Under the pieces are notes generated by a model. It saw only the letters and a program-made list of their open reading frames with translations, searched no databases and was not told the origin of the DNA. Shown in pieces: positions 29,815 to 53,809 of a stretch of 64,000 nt of DNA; position 1 is the first letter of the stretch; every line of letters starts with the position of its first letter. The stretch comes from Macrostomum lignano (lineage: Eukaryota). The position numbers and the translations under genes were made by a program. The stretch covers positions 136,873 to 200,872 of the forward strand of contig NIVC01000433.1 of the NCBI GenBank assembly GCA_002269645.1. The letters are read 5' to 3'.

Positions 29815-32800
29815 CAGAAGGCGCTCGACCGCCTTCGGCAGGAGAGGCTGCGCTGATGCGAGTCCCGTAGCGACTGTCGAGCGACGGCCCCGTCTGTCGT
29901 GGTTGCCAGCGCCGTGAGTGTCAGCTCTGCGGGGCAGGCCGGGATGCCTCATTGCGGAGGGCAGCGCGCCTTTGGGGGTGTCAGCGCCATTTCATTTGAT
30001 TGTGGCCGCCACCATTTCATAATTGATTGTGGCCGCCATTTCATTTGATTGTGGCAGCCATTGTGGGGAGGTGGGCTGTGGGGTGGTGGTGCTGTGGGGA
30101 GGTGGGGGCTGTGTGGAGATGGGCTGTAGGGTGGTGGTGCTGTGGGGAGGTGGGGCTGTGTGGAGATGGGCTGTGGGGTGGTGGTGCTGTAGGGAGGTTG
30201 GGCTGTGGGGAGGAGGGGGCTGTGGGGAGGTAGGGCTGTGGGGAGGTGGGGGCTGTGGGGAGGAGGGGGCTGTGGGGAGGTGGGGGCTGTGGGGAGGTAG
30301 GGCTGTGGGGAGGTGAGGGCTGTGGGGAGGAGGGGGCTGTGGGGAGGTGGGGGCTGTGTGGAGGAGGGGCTGTGGGGAGTTAAGATAACTTATGCGAGCA
30401 GGCCAGAAAGCCAGGTGGTCCCCCAATCGGCACCCCTCACCACTGCTGACCATCGATGTCGTTCGAGCCCCGATTGTGCCGATTATACTCGTTGCCATGG
30501 AGACCGCTGTCGACCTCTGTCACCGACTTAGGCCGCTGCTGCTGCTGCTGCTGCTGCTCCACAATAGCAGCTGCAGACGCCCTCAGAGCTTGCAGCTCAA
30601 TATTCTGCTTGTCCGCTTCTAAAAGACGCTGAGTCGCCGCTTCAACGAATTGTGGCCAACGAGTGGCAAAGTAAAGAGACAGCTGTTGCTGCGGCTGCTG
30701 AACTGGGCGAACCGGCTGAGCAGCGCTGCGTTGGAGAGATTGGGACCCACAGATGCTTTTTGAAATCTCTCCTGTGTTCTTGTAATCTGTTCTGTGATTT
30801 TGTAATCTGTTCTGTGTTCTTTTAATCTGTTCTGCGTTCTTGTAATCTGTTCTGCGTTCTTGTAATCTGCTTTGTGTTATTGTAATCTGTTCTGCGTTCT
30901 TGTAATCTGCTTTGTGTTATTGTAATCTGCTCTGTGCTTTTTGTAATCTTCTCTGTAGACACGAGATGCTGACTGTAATCTATAGACACGAGATGCTGTA
31001 ATCTATAGACACGAGATGCTGTAATCTATAGACATGAGATAGTGACTGTAATCTATAGACACGAGATGCTGTAATCTATAGACATGAGATGCTGCAATCT
31101 ATAGACATGAGATAGTGACTGTAATCTATAGACACGAGATGCTGTAATCTATAGACACGAGATGCTGTAATCTATAGACATGAGATGCTGCAATCTATAG
31201 ACATGAGATAGTGACTGTAATCTATAGACACGAGATACTGTAATCTATAGACACGAGATGCTGTAATCTATAGACACGAGATGCTGTAATCTATAGACAC
31301 GAGATACTGTAATCTATAGACACGAGATGCTGTAATCTATAGACACGAGATGCTATAATCTATAGACACGAGATAGTGACTGTAATCTATAGACACGAGA
31401 TACTGTAATCTATAGACACGAGATGCTGTAATCTATAGACACGAGATAGTGACTGTAATCTATAGACACGAGATGCTGTAATCTATAGACACGAGATACT
31501 GTAATCTATAGACACGAGATGCTGTAATCTATAGACACGAGATGCTGTAATCTATAGACACGAGATACTGTAATCTATAGACACGAGATGCTGTAATCTA
31601 TAGACACGAGATAGTGACTGTAATCTATAGACACGAGATGCTGTAATCTATAGACATGAGATGCTGCAATCTATAGACACGAGATGCTGTAATCTATAGA
31701 CACGAGATGCTGTAATCTATAGACACGAGATGCTGTAATCTATAGACACGAGATAGTGACTGTAATCTATAGACACGAGATACTGTAATCTATAGACACG
31801 AGATGCTGTAATCTATAGACACGAGGTACTGTAATCTATAGACACGAGATAGTGACTGTAATCTATAGACACGAGATGCTGTAATCTATAGACACGAGAT
31901 ACTGTAATCTATAGACACGAGATGCTGTAATCTATAGACATGAGATAGTGACTGTAATCTATAGACACGAGATAGTGACTGTAGTCTATAGACACGAGAT
32001 GCTGTAATCTATAGACACGAGATACTGTAATCTATAGACACGAGATACTGTAATCTATAGACACGAGGTACATGTACTGTAATCTATAGACACGAGATGC
32101 TGTAATCTATAGACACGAGATGCTGCAATCTATAGACATGAGATAGTGACTGTAATCTATAGACACGAGATACTGTAATCTATAGACACGAGATACTGTA
32201 ATCTATAGACACGAGATACTGTAATCTATAGACACGAGATACTGTAATCTATAGACACGAGATGCTGTAATCTATAGACACGAGATACTGTAATCTATAG
32301 ACACGAGATGCTGTAATCTATAGACACGAGATGCTGTAATCTATAGACACGAGATGCTGTAATCTATAGACACGAGATACTGTAATCTATAGACACGAGA
32401 TGCTGTAAGCTATAGACACGAGATACTGTAATCTATAGACACGAGATACTGTAATCTATAGACACGAGATGCTGTAATCTATAGACACGAGATACTGTAA
32501 TCTATAGACACGAGATGCTGTAATCTGTAGACACGAGATACTGTAATCTATAGACACGAGATGCTGTAATCTATAGACACGAGATGCTGTAATCTATAGA
32601 CACGAGATGCTGTAATCTATAGACACGAGATGCTGTAATCTATAGACACGAGATACTGTAATCTGTAGACACGAGATGCTGTAATCTATAGACACGAGAT
32701 ACTGTAATCTGTAGACACGAGATGCTGTAATCTATAGACACGAGATGCTGTAATCTATAGACACGAGATACTGTAATCTGTAGACACGAGATTCTGTAAT

Positions 32801-34343
32801 CTATAGACACGAGATGCTGTAATCTATAGACACGAGATGCTGTAATCTATAGACACGAGATGCTGTAATCTATAGACACGAGAAACTGCAATCATCCAAT
32901 TTGAGCAGCTCACCCCTGGACGCGCCCCTCACTGAGACAGTCGGTGGTCTCAATCATGGTCTCAGTGTCGGACCTGACGGTCTCCAGCATCGCCTCGAAG
33001 GCTGCCAGCAGGGAGCCGTCGCCATCCAGCTTTGCCGCTGTCAGCTCGGCTGCCAGCTTGGCGTTGGTGGCGGCGCTCATCAGCTGCAGCTGGCGGAGGC
33101 CCCTGCCGCTGCCCGACTGCGTGCTCGATGAGAACAGATTTATGATCTTGCTCTTCTTCTTCTTTTGGGCCGACTGGCTGAAGTTTTAAAAAATCACCGT
33201 TTGTTCTTGCGGCTGATTGATTGCTGATCAATCTCTAGAAATCTCACCCCGTGAGAACACGAGAACCTCTAGAAATCTCACCCCGTGAGAACACGAGAAC
33301 CTCTAGAAATCTCACCCCGTGAGAACCCGAGAACCTCTAGAAATCTCACCCCGTGAGAACCCGAGAACCTCTAGAAATCTCACCCCGTGAGAACCCGAGA
33401 ATCTTTAGAAATCTCACCCCGTGAGAACCCAAGAACCTCTAGAAATCTCACCCCGTGAGAACCCGAGAATCTTTAGAAATCTCACCCCGTGAGAACCCGA
33501 GAACCTCTAGAAATCTCACCCCGTGAGAACCCGAGAACCTCTAGAAATCTCACCCCGTGAGAACCCGAGAACCTTTAGAAATCTCACCCCGTGAGAACAC
33601 GAGAATCTCTAGAAATCTCACCCCGTGAGAACCCGAGAACCTCTAGAAATCTCACCCCGTGAGAACCCGAGAACCTCTAGAAATCTCACCCCGTGAGAAC
33701 CCGAGAACCTTTAGAAATCTCACCCCGTGAGAACACGAGAACCTCTAGAAATCTCACCCCGTGAGAACCCGAGAACCTTTAGAAATCTCACCCCGTGAGA
33801 ACCCGAGAACCTCTAAAAATCTCACCCCGTGAGAACCCGAGAATCTCTAGAAATCTCACCCTTTGAGAACCCGAGAACCTTTAGAAATCTCACCCCGTGA
33901 GAACCCGAGAACCTTTAGAAATCTCACCCCATGAGAACCCGAGAACCTCTAGAAATCTCACCCCATGAGAACCCGAGAATCTCTAGAAATCTCACCTTAT
34001 GAGAACTTGAGATTCTCCAGAAATCTCACCCTTTGAGAAACTGAGAATCTATAAAACTCCCAACCTACCCGGCTCGCTCAGCCTCCAGCAGCTCAGCTGC
34101 CTCATCCTGAAACTCCTTCGCTTTGACCAGCGTGAGCACAGCCGAACAGTTCTGCATCAGGGCGCACAGACTCACAAAGTCTTTGTTGCCTTTCTTAGTT
34201 AAAATGGCAGGATAGCCCATCCTGATGAAGTCTTTGTTCACGCTGCGAGAGATCCAGTTGAACACCTCCTGGGTCATGTTGTTGGCCTTGTCTTGATCGG
34301 CCGCGTCATTATTGGCGGTGACTTCTGACAGCTGCGACTTCAT
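25870..34343 (-). CDS. Uncharacterised Gln-rich coiled-coil protein with a beta-rich, possibly C2-like C-terminal domain (7-exon model, ~748 aa)
   Basis: A frame-consistent GT-AG model: 34343-34069, 33177-32933, 30618-30451, 29926-29685, 28904-28636, 28051-27684 and 26549-25870 (2247 nt). It contains heptad-like segments (LEAEIRRLKLQLSRSEQQHKAELDRQARERERMTREF) and poly-Q tracts. Three donors are weak and alternatives exist. The last exon could be a separate gene. Confidence 0.6.
26660..27110. repeat. Degenerate ~44-bp AT-rich tandem repeat
   Basis: Recurrent aaaaagcgcctaatat...aaatggcgccaaattc units. Confidence 0.8.
28095..28580. repeat. 24-bp intronic minisatellite
   Basis: Unit ctaacaggtgattctattaggtgt. 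Produces the spurious ESPVRHLI peptide repeat. Confidence 0.95.
29113..29642. mobile_element. Fold-back MITE-like element with ~215-bp imperfect inverted arms
   Basis: 29122-29340 is the reverse complement of about 29420-29632 (for example cactacggagataggaagttttc / gaaaacttcctatctccgtagtg). The left end reads TTAA-CCC (piggyBac-like); the right end is degenerate. Confidence 0.75.
30040..30380. repeat. G-rich minisatellite (gggctgtggggaggt), G-quadruplex-prone
   Basis: Dense runs of 3-5 G in ~15-18-bp units, in an intron. Confidence 0.9.
30780..32885. repeat. 23-bp minisatellite (~80 copies, with 26-bp variants), preceded by a related 20-bp array
   Basis: Unit gagatgctgtaatctatagacac at 30955-32885. 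Unit tgtaatctgttctgcgttct at 30780-30950 shares the tgtaatct core. Confidence 0.97.
33235..34050. repeat. 34-bp intronic minisatellite with internal palindromes
   Basis: Unit ctctagaaatctcaccccgtgagaacccgagaac, containing TCTAGA and CTCAC-CCC-GTGAG. Confidence 0.97.
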
Positions 34344-34599
34344 GACCGACTGATTCGAACTCGGTGGCTTTCTAAACTCTAAATCCGTTGATAAAATATT
34401 TGCCGAGTTTTAATGCCTATTGCTTATGGCTTAAGTTCCTTATTTTATTGTACAAACAGAAAACTCGTCAAACGGCCTTGCAAATCTTTTTGGACCATAG
34501 ACTATAATATGAGGCTGCGGCCATGTGTCAATAGGGTACTGATTTGAAGCTTTTGTAACGTTTTATCTGATTTACCAAAATATACTAGCATACAGCCGC

Positions 34600-34905
34600 T
34601 AAATCCACACCCCTACTCCTCTGCACCCACCCCTCCTCCTCTGGACCCATCCCTCCTCTTCTGCACCCACCCCTCTTCCTCTACACCCACCCGTCCTCCT
34701 CTGCACCCACCCCTCCTCTACACCCACTCCTCCTCCTATGCACTCACCCCTCTGCACCAGACACCCACCCCTCCTTCTCTGTATTCACCCCTCCTCTGCA
34801 CCCACCCCTCCTCTGTATCCACCTCTCCTTCCTTGCACCCACCCTCCTCCTCTGCACCCACCCTCCTCCTCTGCACCCACCCCTCCTCCTCTGCCCCTAC
34901 ACAAT
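34600..34905. repeat. ~20-bp C-rich minisatellite
   Basis: Unit cacccacccctcctcctctg. Confidence 0.9.
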
Positions 34906-35136
34906 AATTCCTACTGTTAAAGTACACAATCAAAGTTAAGCTTACTTCCGATTGCGTAGAGAACTTAAAACGCTAAACTGCATAAAGCAAAGAAGATCGA
35001 GTTTCACATGTAATTCTTGTTTAAAAAATCAGTTATGCAAGTTTTAAACAATGAATGCACACCTACTCAAAAAGATATGTTGTTGAAAAAGTTACAAGTC
35101 ACTAGGTTAAAACAAAGACTGTTTCCACACAGTCCT

Positions 35137-46276
<11,140 letters not shown>

Positions 46277-46739
46277 CGGCAGCTTCCAGTGCCAAATTGT
46301 CTGCATGGGTGTGAGATAACTGCTCTAACTGATAGCTAGCTAATCTGTATAGTAATGTAGCAATAATTCAATTCATTTTCTCTGGCACTGTATATACATT
46401 CATAGTTGATATATTGATTTAGATATAACAGCTCCGCATGGCTACACAGGAGCACGCCAAACGATTTTGTGTGTGTGTGTGTGTGCAAGTTATAGAGCTA
46501 TAGAGGGCCAATGTAGCTTTCCTGTATCGTGACCGCTCTGGCTCGTGTAGGTTGCAGATATTAGGGAAACACAAACACCGCCTATCTGCAGTGCTGTGCA
46601 GCGCTGGGGGCAAGAGAACGGGCAAGTCCTGCCCAATGAAATCTGTCCCTCTCTCTCTCTCTCTGTGGGGGGGCGATGCAAATCGTGCCGAAAAGTGAGT
46701 GAAAATATGAAGGCCGGAAAAGAGATGAGACCTCTTGTC

Positions 46740-47450
46740 AGCTTGAGATAAGCGGTTGAGAGAACAGAGATAAGGAACCCGGTAGAGAGATAAGCAGTTG
46801 AGAGAAGAGAGATAAGGAACCCAGTAGAGAGGATAAGGAACCCAGTAGAGAGATAAGCAGTTGAGAGAAGAGAGATAAGGAATCAAGTAGAGAGGATAAG
46901 CAGTTGAGAGAAGAGAGATAAGGAACCCAGTAGAGAGATAAGCAGTTGAGAGAAGAGAGATAAGGAACCCAGTAGAGAGATAAGCGGTTGAGAGAAGAGA
47001 GATAAGGAACCCAGTAGAGAGATAAGCAGTTGAGAGAAGAGAGATAAGGAACCCAGTAGAGAGATAAGCGGTTGAGAGAAGAGAGATAAGGAACCCAGTA
47101 GAGAGATAAGCAGTTGAGAGAAGAGAGATAAGGAACCCAGTAGAGAGGATAAGGAACCCAGTAGAGAGATAAGCAGTTGAGAGAAGAGAGATAAGGAACC
47201 CAGTAGAGAGGATAAGGAACCCAGTAGAGAGATAAGCAGTTGAGAGAAGAGAGATAAGGAACCCAGTAGAGAGGATAAGGAACCCAGTAGAGAGATAAGC
47301 AGTTGAGAGAAGAGAGATAAGGAATCAAGTAGAGAGGATAAGGAACCCAGTAGAGAGATAAGCGGTTGAGAGAACAGAGATAAGGAACCCAGTAGAGAGA
47401 TAAGCGGTTGAGAGAACAGAGATAAGGAACCCAGAAGTAAGAGAAAAGAG
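46740..47450. repeat. ~42-bp purine-rich minisatellite with AGATAAG motifs, upstream of the ceramidase start
   Basis: Unit gagataaggaacccagtagagagataagcagttgagagaaga. Explains ORF 46738..47469. Confidence 0.95.
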
Positions 47451-47669
47451 AAGAATTGAAGGACATCAAGTCATTGAGTTATAAAAGCTGGCTAACATGC
47501 AGATACAAACAGTTTGCAAGTTCACACAACTAACTAAGTCAGGCATTCGAGCACTGGCAGATTAATTTGGTACAATACATTTCTACAATAATGATACAAG
47601 GAATAAAGCTGCATGGGGCCTGCATAAGAATAGAGGGCAGCAGGAAAAGAAAACACGAACACCACCGAA

Positions 47670-47755
47670 TCCTGATTGATGTGATGAGGTAATGTATGTT
47701 GGTTTAGACCAAAGGACTCCATGTAGTTCATAAACTTGTTATCATGCTTCATCTA
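47670..47755 (-). mobile_element. Possible decayed non-LTR retrotransposon APE-endonuclease fragment
   Basis: NKFMNYMESFGLNQHTLPH resembles the F..l.sfgL.Qhv..pTH segment of L2/CR1/Jockey-type endonucleases. The GDFN and LD motifs are not found. Confidence 0.25.
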
Positions 47756-47874
47756 CGTCATCCAACATCGACGGTGCTTCTTTACTGGATACGCTACTGA
47801 GATAGGTAGTAGTATAGTGACGTGGTGGCTTGGCCACTAATGACAATTGATCACAATAAAAAGTATATGACTTT

Positions 47875-48545
47875 GCCACTCATAATAATTAGTCACAGTC
47901 AAAAAGTTTATGGCTTCAACACTCGTGATAATTAGTCACAGTCAAATAGTCTATGGCTTCAACACTCGTGACAATAGGTCACAGTCAAATAGTCTATGGC
48001 TTTTCCACTCGTGATAATTAGTCACAGTCAAATAGTCTATGGCTTTTCCACTCGTGATAATTAGTCACAGTCAAATAGTCTATGACTTTTCCACTCGTGA
48101 TAATTAGTCACAGTCAAATAGTCTATGGCTTCAACACTCGTGACAATTAGTCATAGTCAAATAGTCTATGGCTTTTCCACTCGTGATAATTAGTCACAGT
48201 CAAATAGTCTATGGCTTCAACACTCGTGATAATTAGTCACAGTCAAATAGTCTATGGCTTTTCCACTCGTGATAATTAGTCACAGTCAAATAGTCTATGG
48301 CTTTTCCACTCGTGACAACTAGTCACAGTCAAATAGTCTATGGCTTTTCCACTCGTGATAATTAGTCACAGTCAAATAGTCTATGGCTTCAACACTCGTG
48401 ATAATCAGTCACAGTCAAATAGTCTATGGCTTTTCCACTCGTGATAATTATTCACAGTCAAATGGTATATGGCTTCAACACTCGTGATAATTAGTCACAG
48501 TCAAATAGTCTATGGCTTCAACACTCCTGACAAATAATCACAGCT
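47875..48545. repeat. 43-bp minisatellite (~15 copies)
   Basis: Unit ctcgtgataattagtcacagtcaaatagtctatggcttttcca. Near-identical units with no spacers. Confidence 0.97.
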
Positions 48546-49132
48546 AATCAAATATCTTTCGCACTTTTAGGAGCGTAGTTCCTATCTCACTATCTCACGA
48601 CTTTGTTGCGCGTCCTCGATAGCAGCAGGAAACCCATTAGGAAAACTGTTGGGTAAGAAGAAATGACAGTTACTTCTTCTGAGTACGCCTCGTATGTTCG
48701 AACAGACCGCAATTTTATTACAGAAGTAAGTCATACAGCCCAGCTTTCAGCATCTTGAAGTCTGCTCTGTCCTGGGGCGCACACGTAGGGTGTAAAGAAC
48801 ACTGACCTCCTAACCTTCTTCCATTCTTCTACTTTTGTGCCATCTAAGAGAGGTTTGAGCAGAAAGCCTATTTATACCCCAGGACAATGGAGGAGCTATA
48901 GTCAATATACTAGCAATCTACGCCCCCCGTTGGGGAGCCAAAGAAATGCAATACACGTTTTTTTAATAAGCTACATGTATCCTTGAAATCTTAAAAAATC
49001 TCCTGTCAAACCTTGTAAGCCTTGACATGTCAGTAATTCCCCCCCACAAGCTTTAACATATCAACTTCCCCCCTTGACATCTCAGCAATGCCCCCAATAA
49101 GCCTTGGAAATCTAAAAATATCTGTCAACCTT

Positions 49133-49172
49133 CTAACCCTAACCCTAACCCTAACCCTAACCCTAACCCTAA
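49133..49172. repeat. Interstitial telomeric repeat (CCCTAA)6
   Basis: Six perfect CCCTAA units at 49137-49172. Confidence 0.9.
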
Positions 49173-49899
49173 AGCATTGAAATTTCAGTAATTCTCTCTA
49201 AGAGTCATTATAGCACTACTACAGCATTATAGCGATTCCCTGCAAGCCTCGACATCGTAGGGATTCCCAAATGAATCTCTTAACTTCGACATGAAGCTTC
49301 TTGTAAGCCTTGACATGTCAGCGATGGCCCCCATTAACCTTGAAATCTAAAAAATCCCCTGTTAACCTTGAAACCCGATAAAATATAACCCTCAACCCAA
49401 ACCTGACCTAAACCTAACTTTAACCCAACCTAAAGCCTTGAAATCTCAGCAATTCTTCTCCCCTAAGCCTTGACATTTTAGTGATTCCTTCTTTAAGAAT
49501 CACAGCACTATAACGATTTCCACCAAGCTTTGACATCGTAGCAATTCCCAAATGAATCTTTTAACTTCGACATGACTTTTCTTTTATGTATACATAGTGC
49601 TACTTTTATTTTTTACATGACTCTTCTTCTATCAGCGCCCCCGTGGCGAGCCAACAAAGAATGCAATAAAAAATTGAGTAAAGTACATGAACTTTGAAGT
49701 AGCTTCTGACTTTTGCTTTGACATCTCAGAAAACCCCCCCCCCTCCGTAATCTCAGTTATTCTCTGATCAGTTATTCTCTGAGAGCCTTTACGTCTCAGT
49801 TTTTCTCCCCAGCACAGCATTATAGCTGCATTTAATTTTTACATGACACCCTTCATGTCTGACATGACGCTTCTTTTATTCTACCGTGATGCTTCTTAA

Positions 49900-51365
49900 T
49901 TTTTTAAATGACACTTTCATTAGTTTTTAAATGAGGCTTCTATGATTTTTTACATGACGCTTCTATGATTGTTTACATGACGCTTCTATGATTTTTACAT
50001 GACGCTTCTACGATTTTTTACATGACGCTTCTACGATTTTTTACATGACGCTTCTATGATTTTTTACATGACGCTTCTATGATTTTTTAAATTACGCTTC
50101 TATGATTTTTACATGACGCTTCTATGATTTTTTACATGACGCTTCTATGATTGTTTACATGACGCTTCTATGATTGTTTACATGACGCTTCTATGATTGT
50201 TTACATGACGCTTCTATGATTTTTTACATGAGGCTTCTATGATTTTTTACATGACGCTTCCATGATTTTTTACATGACGCTTCTATGATTGTTTACATGA
50301 CGTTTGTATGATTGTTTACATGACGCTTCTATGATTTTTTTAAATAACGCTTCTATGATTTTTTTAAATAACGCTTCTATGATTTTCAAATGACGCTTCT
50401 ATGATTTTTTACATGACGCTTCTATGATTGTTTACATGACGCTTCTATGATTGTTTACATGACGCTTCTATGATTGTTTACATGACGCTTCTATGATTGT
50501 TTACATGACGCTTCTATGATTGTTTACATGACGCTTCTATGATTTTAAAAAAAAAACGCTTCTATGATTTTTAAATGACGCTTGTACGATTTTTTACATG
50601 AGGCTTCTATGATTTTTTACATGACGCTTCTATGATTGTTTACATGGCGCTTCTATGATTTTTAAAAAAAACGCTTTTATGATTGTTTACATGACGCTTC
50701 TATGATTGTTTACATGACGCTTCTATGATTGTTTACATGACGCTTCTACGATTTTTTACATGACGCTTCTACGATTTTTTACATGACGCTTCTATGATTT
50801 TTTACATGACGCTTCTATGATTTTTTACATGACGCTTCTATGATTGTTTACATGACGCTTCTATGATTGTTTACATGACGCTTCTATGATTGTTTACATG
50901 ACGCTTCTATGATTTTTTACATGAGGCTTCTATGATTTTTTACATGACGCTTCTATGATTGTTTACATGGCGCTTCTATGATTTTTTGAAAAAACGCTTC
51001 TATGATTGTTTACATGACGCTTCTATGATTGTTTACATGACGCTTCTATGATTTTTATATGACGCTTCTATGATTTTTATATGACGCTTCTATGATTGTT
51101 TACATGACGCTTCTATGATATTTTATATGCCCCTTTATTATTTTTATATGACGCTTTTATGATTTTTTAAATGACGCTTCTATGATTTTTTACATGACGC
51201 TTCCATGATTGTTTACATGACGCTTCTATGATTGTTTATATGACGCTTCTATGATTTTTTACATGACGCTTCTATGATTTTTTACATGACGCTTCTATGA
51301 TTTTTTACATGACGCTTCTATGATTTTTTACATGACGCTTCTATGATTTTTACATGACGCTTCTT
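49900..51365. repeat. 23-24-bp minisatellite (~60 copies)
   Basis: Unit ttacatgacgcttctatgatt(g/t)t. Confidence 0.97.
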
Positions 51366-53809
51366 TTTAAAAAGTCTTTTAGTTTTCCTGACGATGAAAA
51401 GCTTTAATTAAAAAAATTAAATTAAATACTCTATGAAAATTCGAACCATCGTCTCTGCATTTAGCAGTTCAGTTTGTTCACCTCTAGGCTAGCTCTCATA
51501 GTTTTGATAACATCAAATTTTGCACTTATATAATTCAACACTTGAAAATCCAAGCATAGAGTAAATCACACGAAGCAGTTATGACATAATCAGTTTCTCA
51601 GTCAGTCAGTATCAGTTAACAATATGGTTACGCAATTTAAATCAAGTCTGGTGCTACGCTTCCACTCTGCATTTTCAATTCAAGTCAGAGTTACAATTCA
51701 GTTATGATGCAATCTATTTCAGAATCAGAACCAACCAGTCAGTTTTTTCTCTAGCATTCTTACAATGCATTTCAAGTCGAAAAGTTTGCTTGACCTTTGC
51801 AAAAAAGCATGTTTTTCGAATATTTAATGCCTTTAGCATCGAGCAATTTCTTAGCCAAGATACATGTACTGTCACGGAAAAATTTCTGATCGAATGGTGC
51901 AAGTTTGAACAAAATAGGATGAGCCATTTTTGCTAAAATCGATTGCGCACAAACAAGATTTTCATTTTTAGTATATAGGACTAGCCATTTAGCCCCCCTC
52001 TGGGGAGCCTTGAAAATGACACCAATTGGTTTTTATTTTGGCACAACAGCAACCTTACTATAATTATCCAAAATGTTGATTTCCATTAATCAAAAATTAC
52101 CTTTTCTGACGTTTGAAAAAATAAGTTGCCATGAATCAGAACTTTCATTAGCCAAAAAGTTTCCTTCATCAGCCCAAAACCCTTTCTAAATCAGCAAATA
52201 GTGCTTATCCGTTCAAGCACAAACTCTTAGTGAATATCGTCACTGGCCGGGGCATACTCTGATCCGCAGCAGGAGCTCAAAATGCAAATCCCTGACGGCC
52301 TTAGACCCTCTCTGTTTATTAGCCTAAATCAAAGAATCAAACATTTAATAAATGCGCTGGTATTTCCTATTAGCAGAAATCAGCATCACTTGTGTGTACT
52401 TTTTCATTATCTGAATTACATGAGCTACTTGAGCCGTACTACCTGACTATCTGACAATCGCCCAATAACCTAGTAACCCCCCCCCCAAAATTCAGCCATC
52501 GTCCATGAGCCTTGACATATCAGCAATTCCCAGTAAGCCTTGGCATATCAGCAATTCCCAGTAAGCCTTGGCATATCAGCAATTCCCCCAGTAAGCCTTG
52601 AGATCTCAGCAATTGCCCCAGTAAGCCTTGACATCTTACCAATTCCCCCAGTAAGCCTTGACATATCAGCAATTCCCCCAGTAAGCCTTGAAATCTCAGC
52701 TTTCCCCCAGTAAGCATTGAAATCCTAGCAATTCCCAGTAAGACTTGACATCTCAGCATTTCCCCAGTAAGCCTTGACATATCAGCAAAATTCCCATAGT
52801 AAGCCTTGAGATCTCAGAAATTCCCCCCATAAGCTCTGAGATCTCAGCAATTGCCCCCGGTAAGCCTTGACATCTCAGCAGTTATCCCATTAAGCCTCGA
52901 CATCACAGCAATTAAACTCGAGCCTTGACATCACGCAATTCTTCCAGCGCAATAAGCCTTGACATACCAACAACCCAACTCCCTTTTCCCAAGAATTCAG
53001 CAATACCCTTATAAGCCTTGATAACTCAGCGATTTCTTTATGAGCTTTGTCAACAGAGTGATTCCACAATGAACTTTGATTATATCTAAGCAAGTCTTTA
53101 ATTAATGGTCACCCTAACCCATAAGTGAGTCTTGGCGTGTTGGCAATTTCCACCATAAGCCTTGAGCCTCAGCATTAAAGTAACTTCCTCATAAATAAGC
53201 TTTGTAATCTGAATTTCACCGAAAGCCTTGACCTGTCAGCAATTCCCCGTAGTAGAGCCAAAGCATTTAAGTTTTCCCCCCAAGAGCATTTAATCTTAGC
53301 AACTCCTCGATGGATCATTAATGATTGTCACGACGATCGCTCTATAATTGAACCAAAACCATAACCCTTGTAGTAGAATTTCAGCAATTCCCCAATGAGC
53401 TTTGGAAATGTTAGCAATTTCCCCATTAGCCTGAAAATTGAGTGACCAACCTTTTGATATCTTGGCACTTGCATTTCAACAATTAATTTCAGCAATTTCA
53501 CAAATGAAACTTGAAATCAAAGCAATTCTCCCCAGAATGACATAATTATAGCAATTCCCCTGAGCCTTGAGATCTTATAAATTCTACCGTGAGTCTTGAT
53601 ATCACAGCAATTTCCCATACCAGCATTATGCTCGTAGCAATAGTCTTAGCAGTCTTAACAGTCTAAGCAATTCTCGATGAAACTTTTACGTTCGACAGGG
53701 CGCTTCATTTATGATTGATATGATGATTCTTGTTCGCTTTTTCTTGCGTTGCGTTTTCTTCTCTTTAAAAGTTTTTAGTAAAAAAATTACAATATTTTAC
53801 CATAGCTTT

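Noticed and set aside
47875-48545. Regular 43-bp array as a CRISPR candidate (also the 32- and 34-bp arrays)
   Set aside because: The units are contiguous with no unique spacers, there are no cas genes, and the context is eukaryotic.
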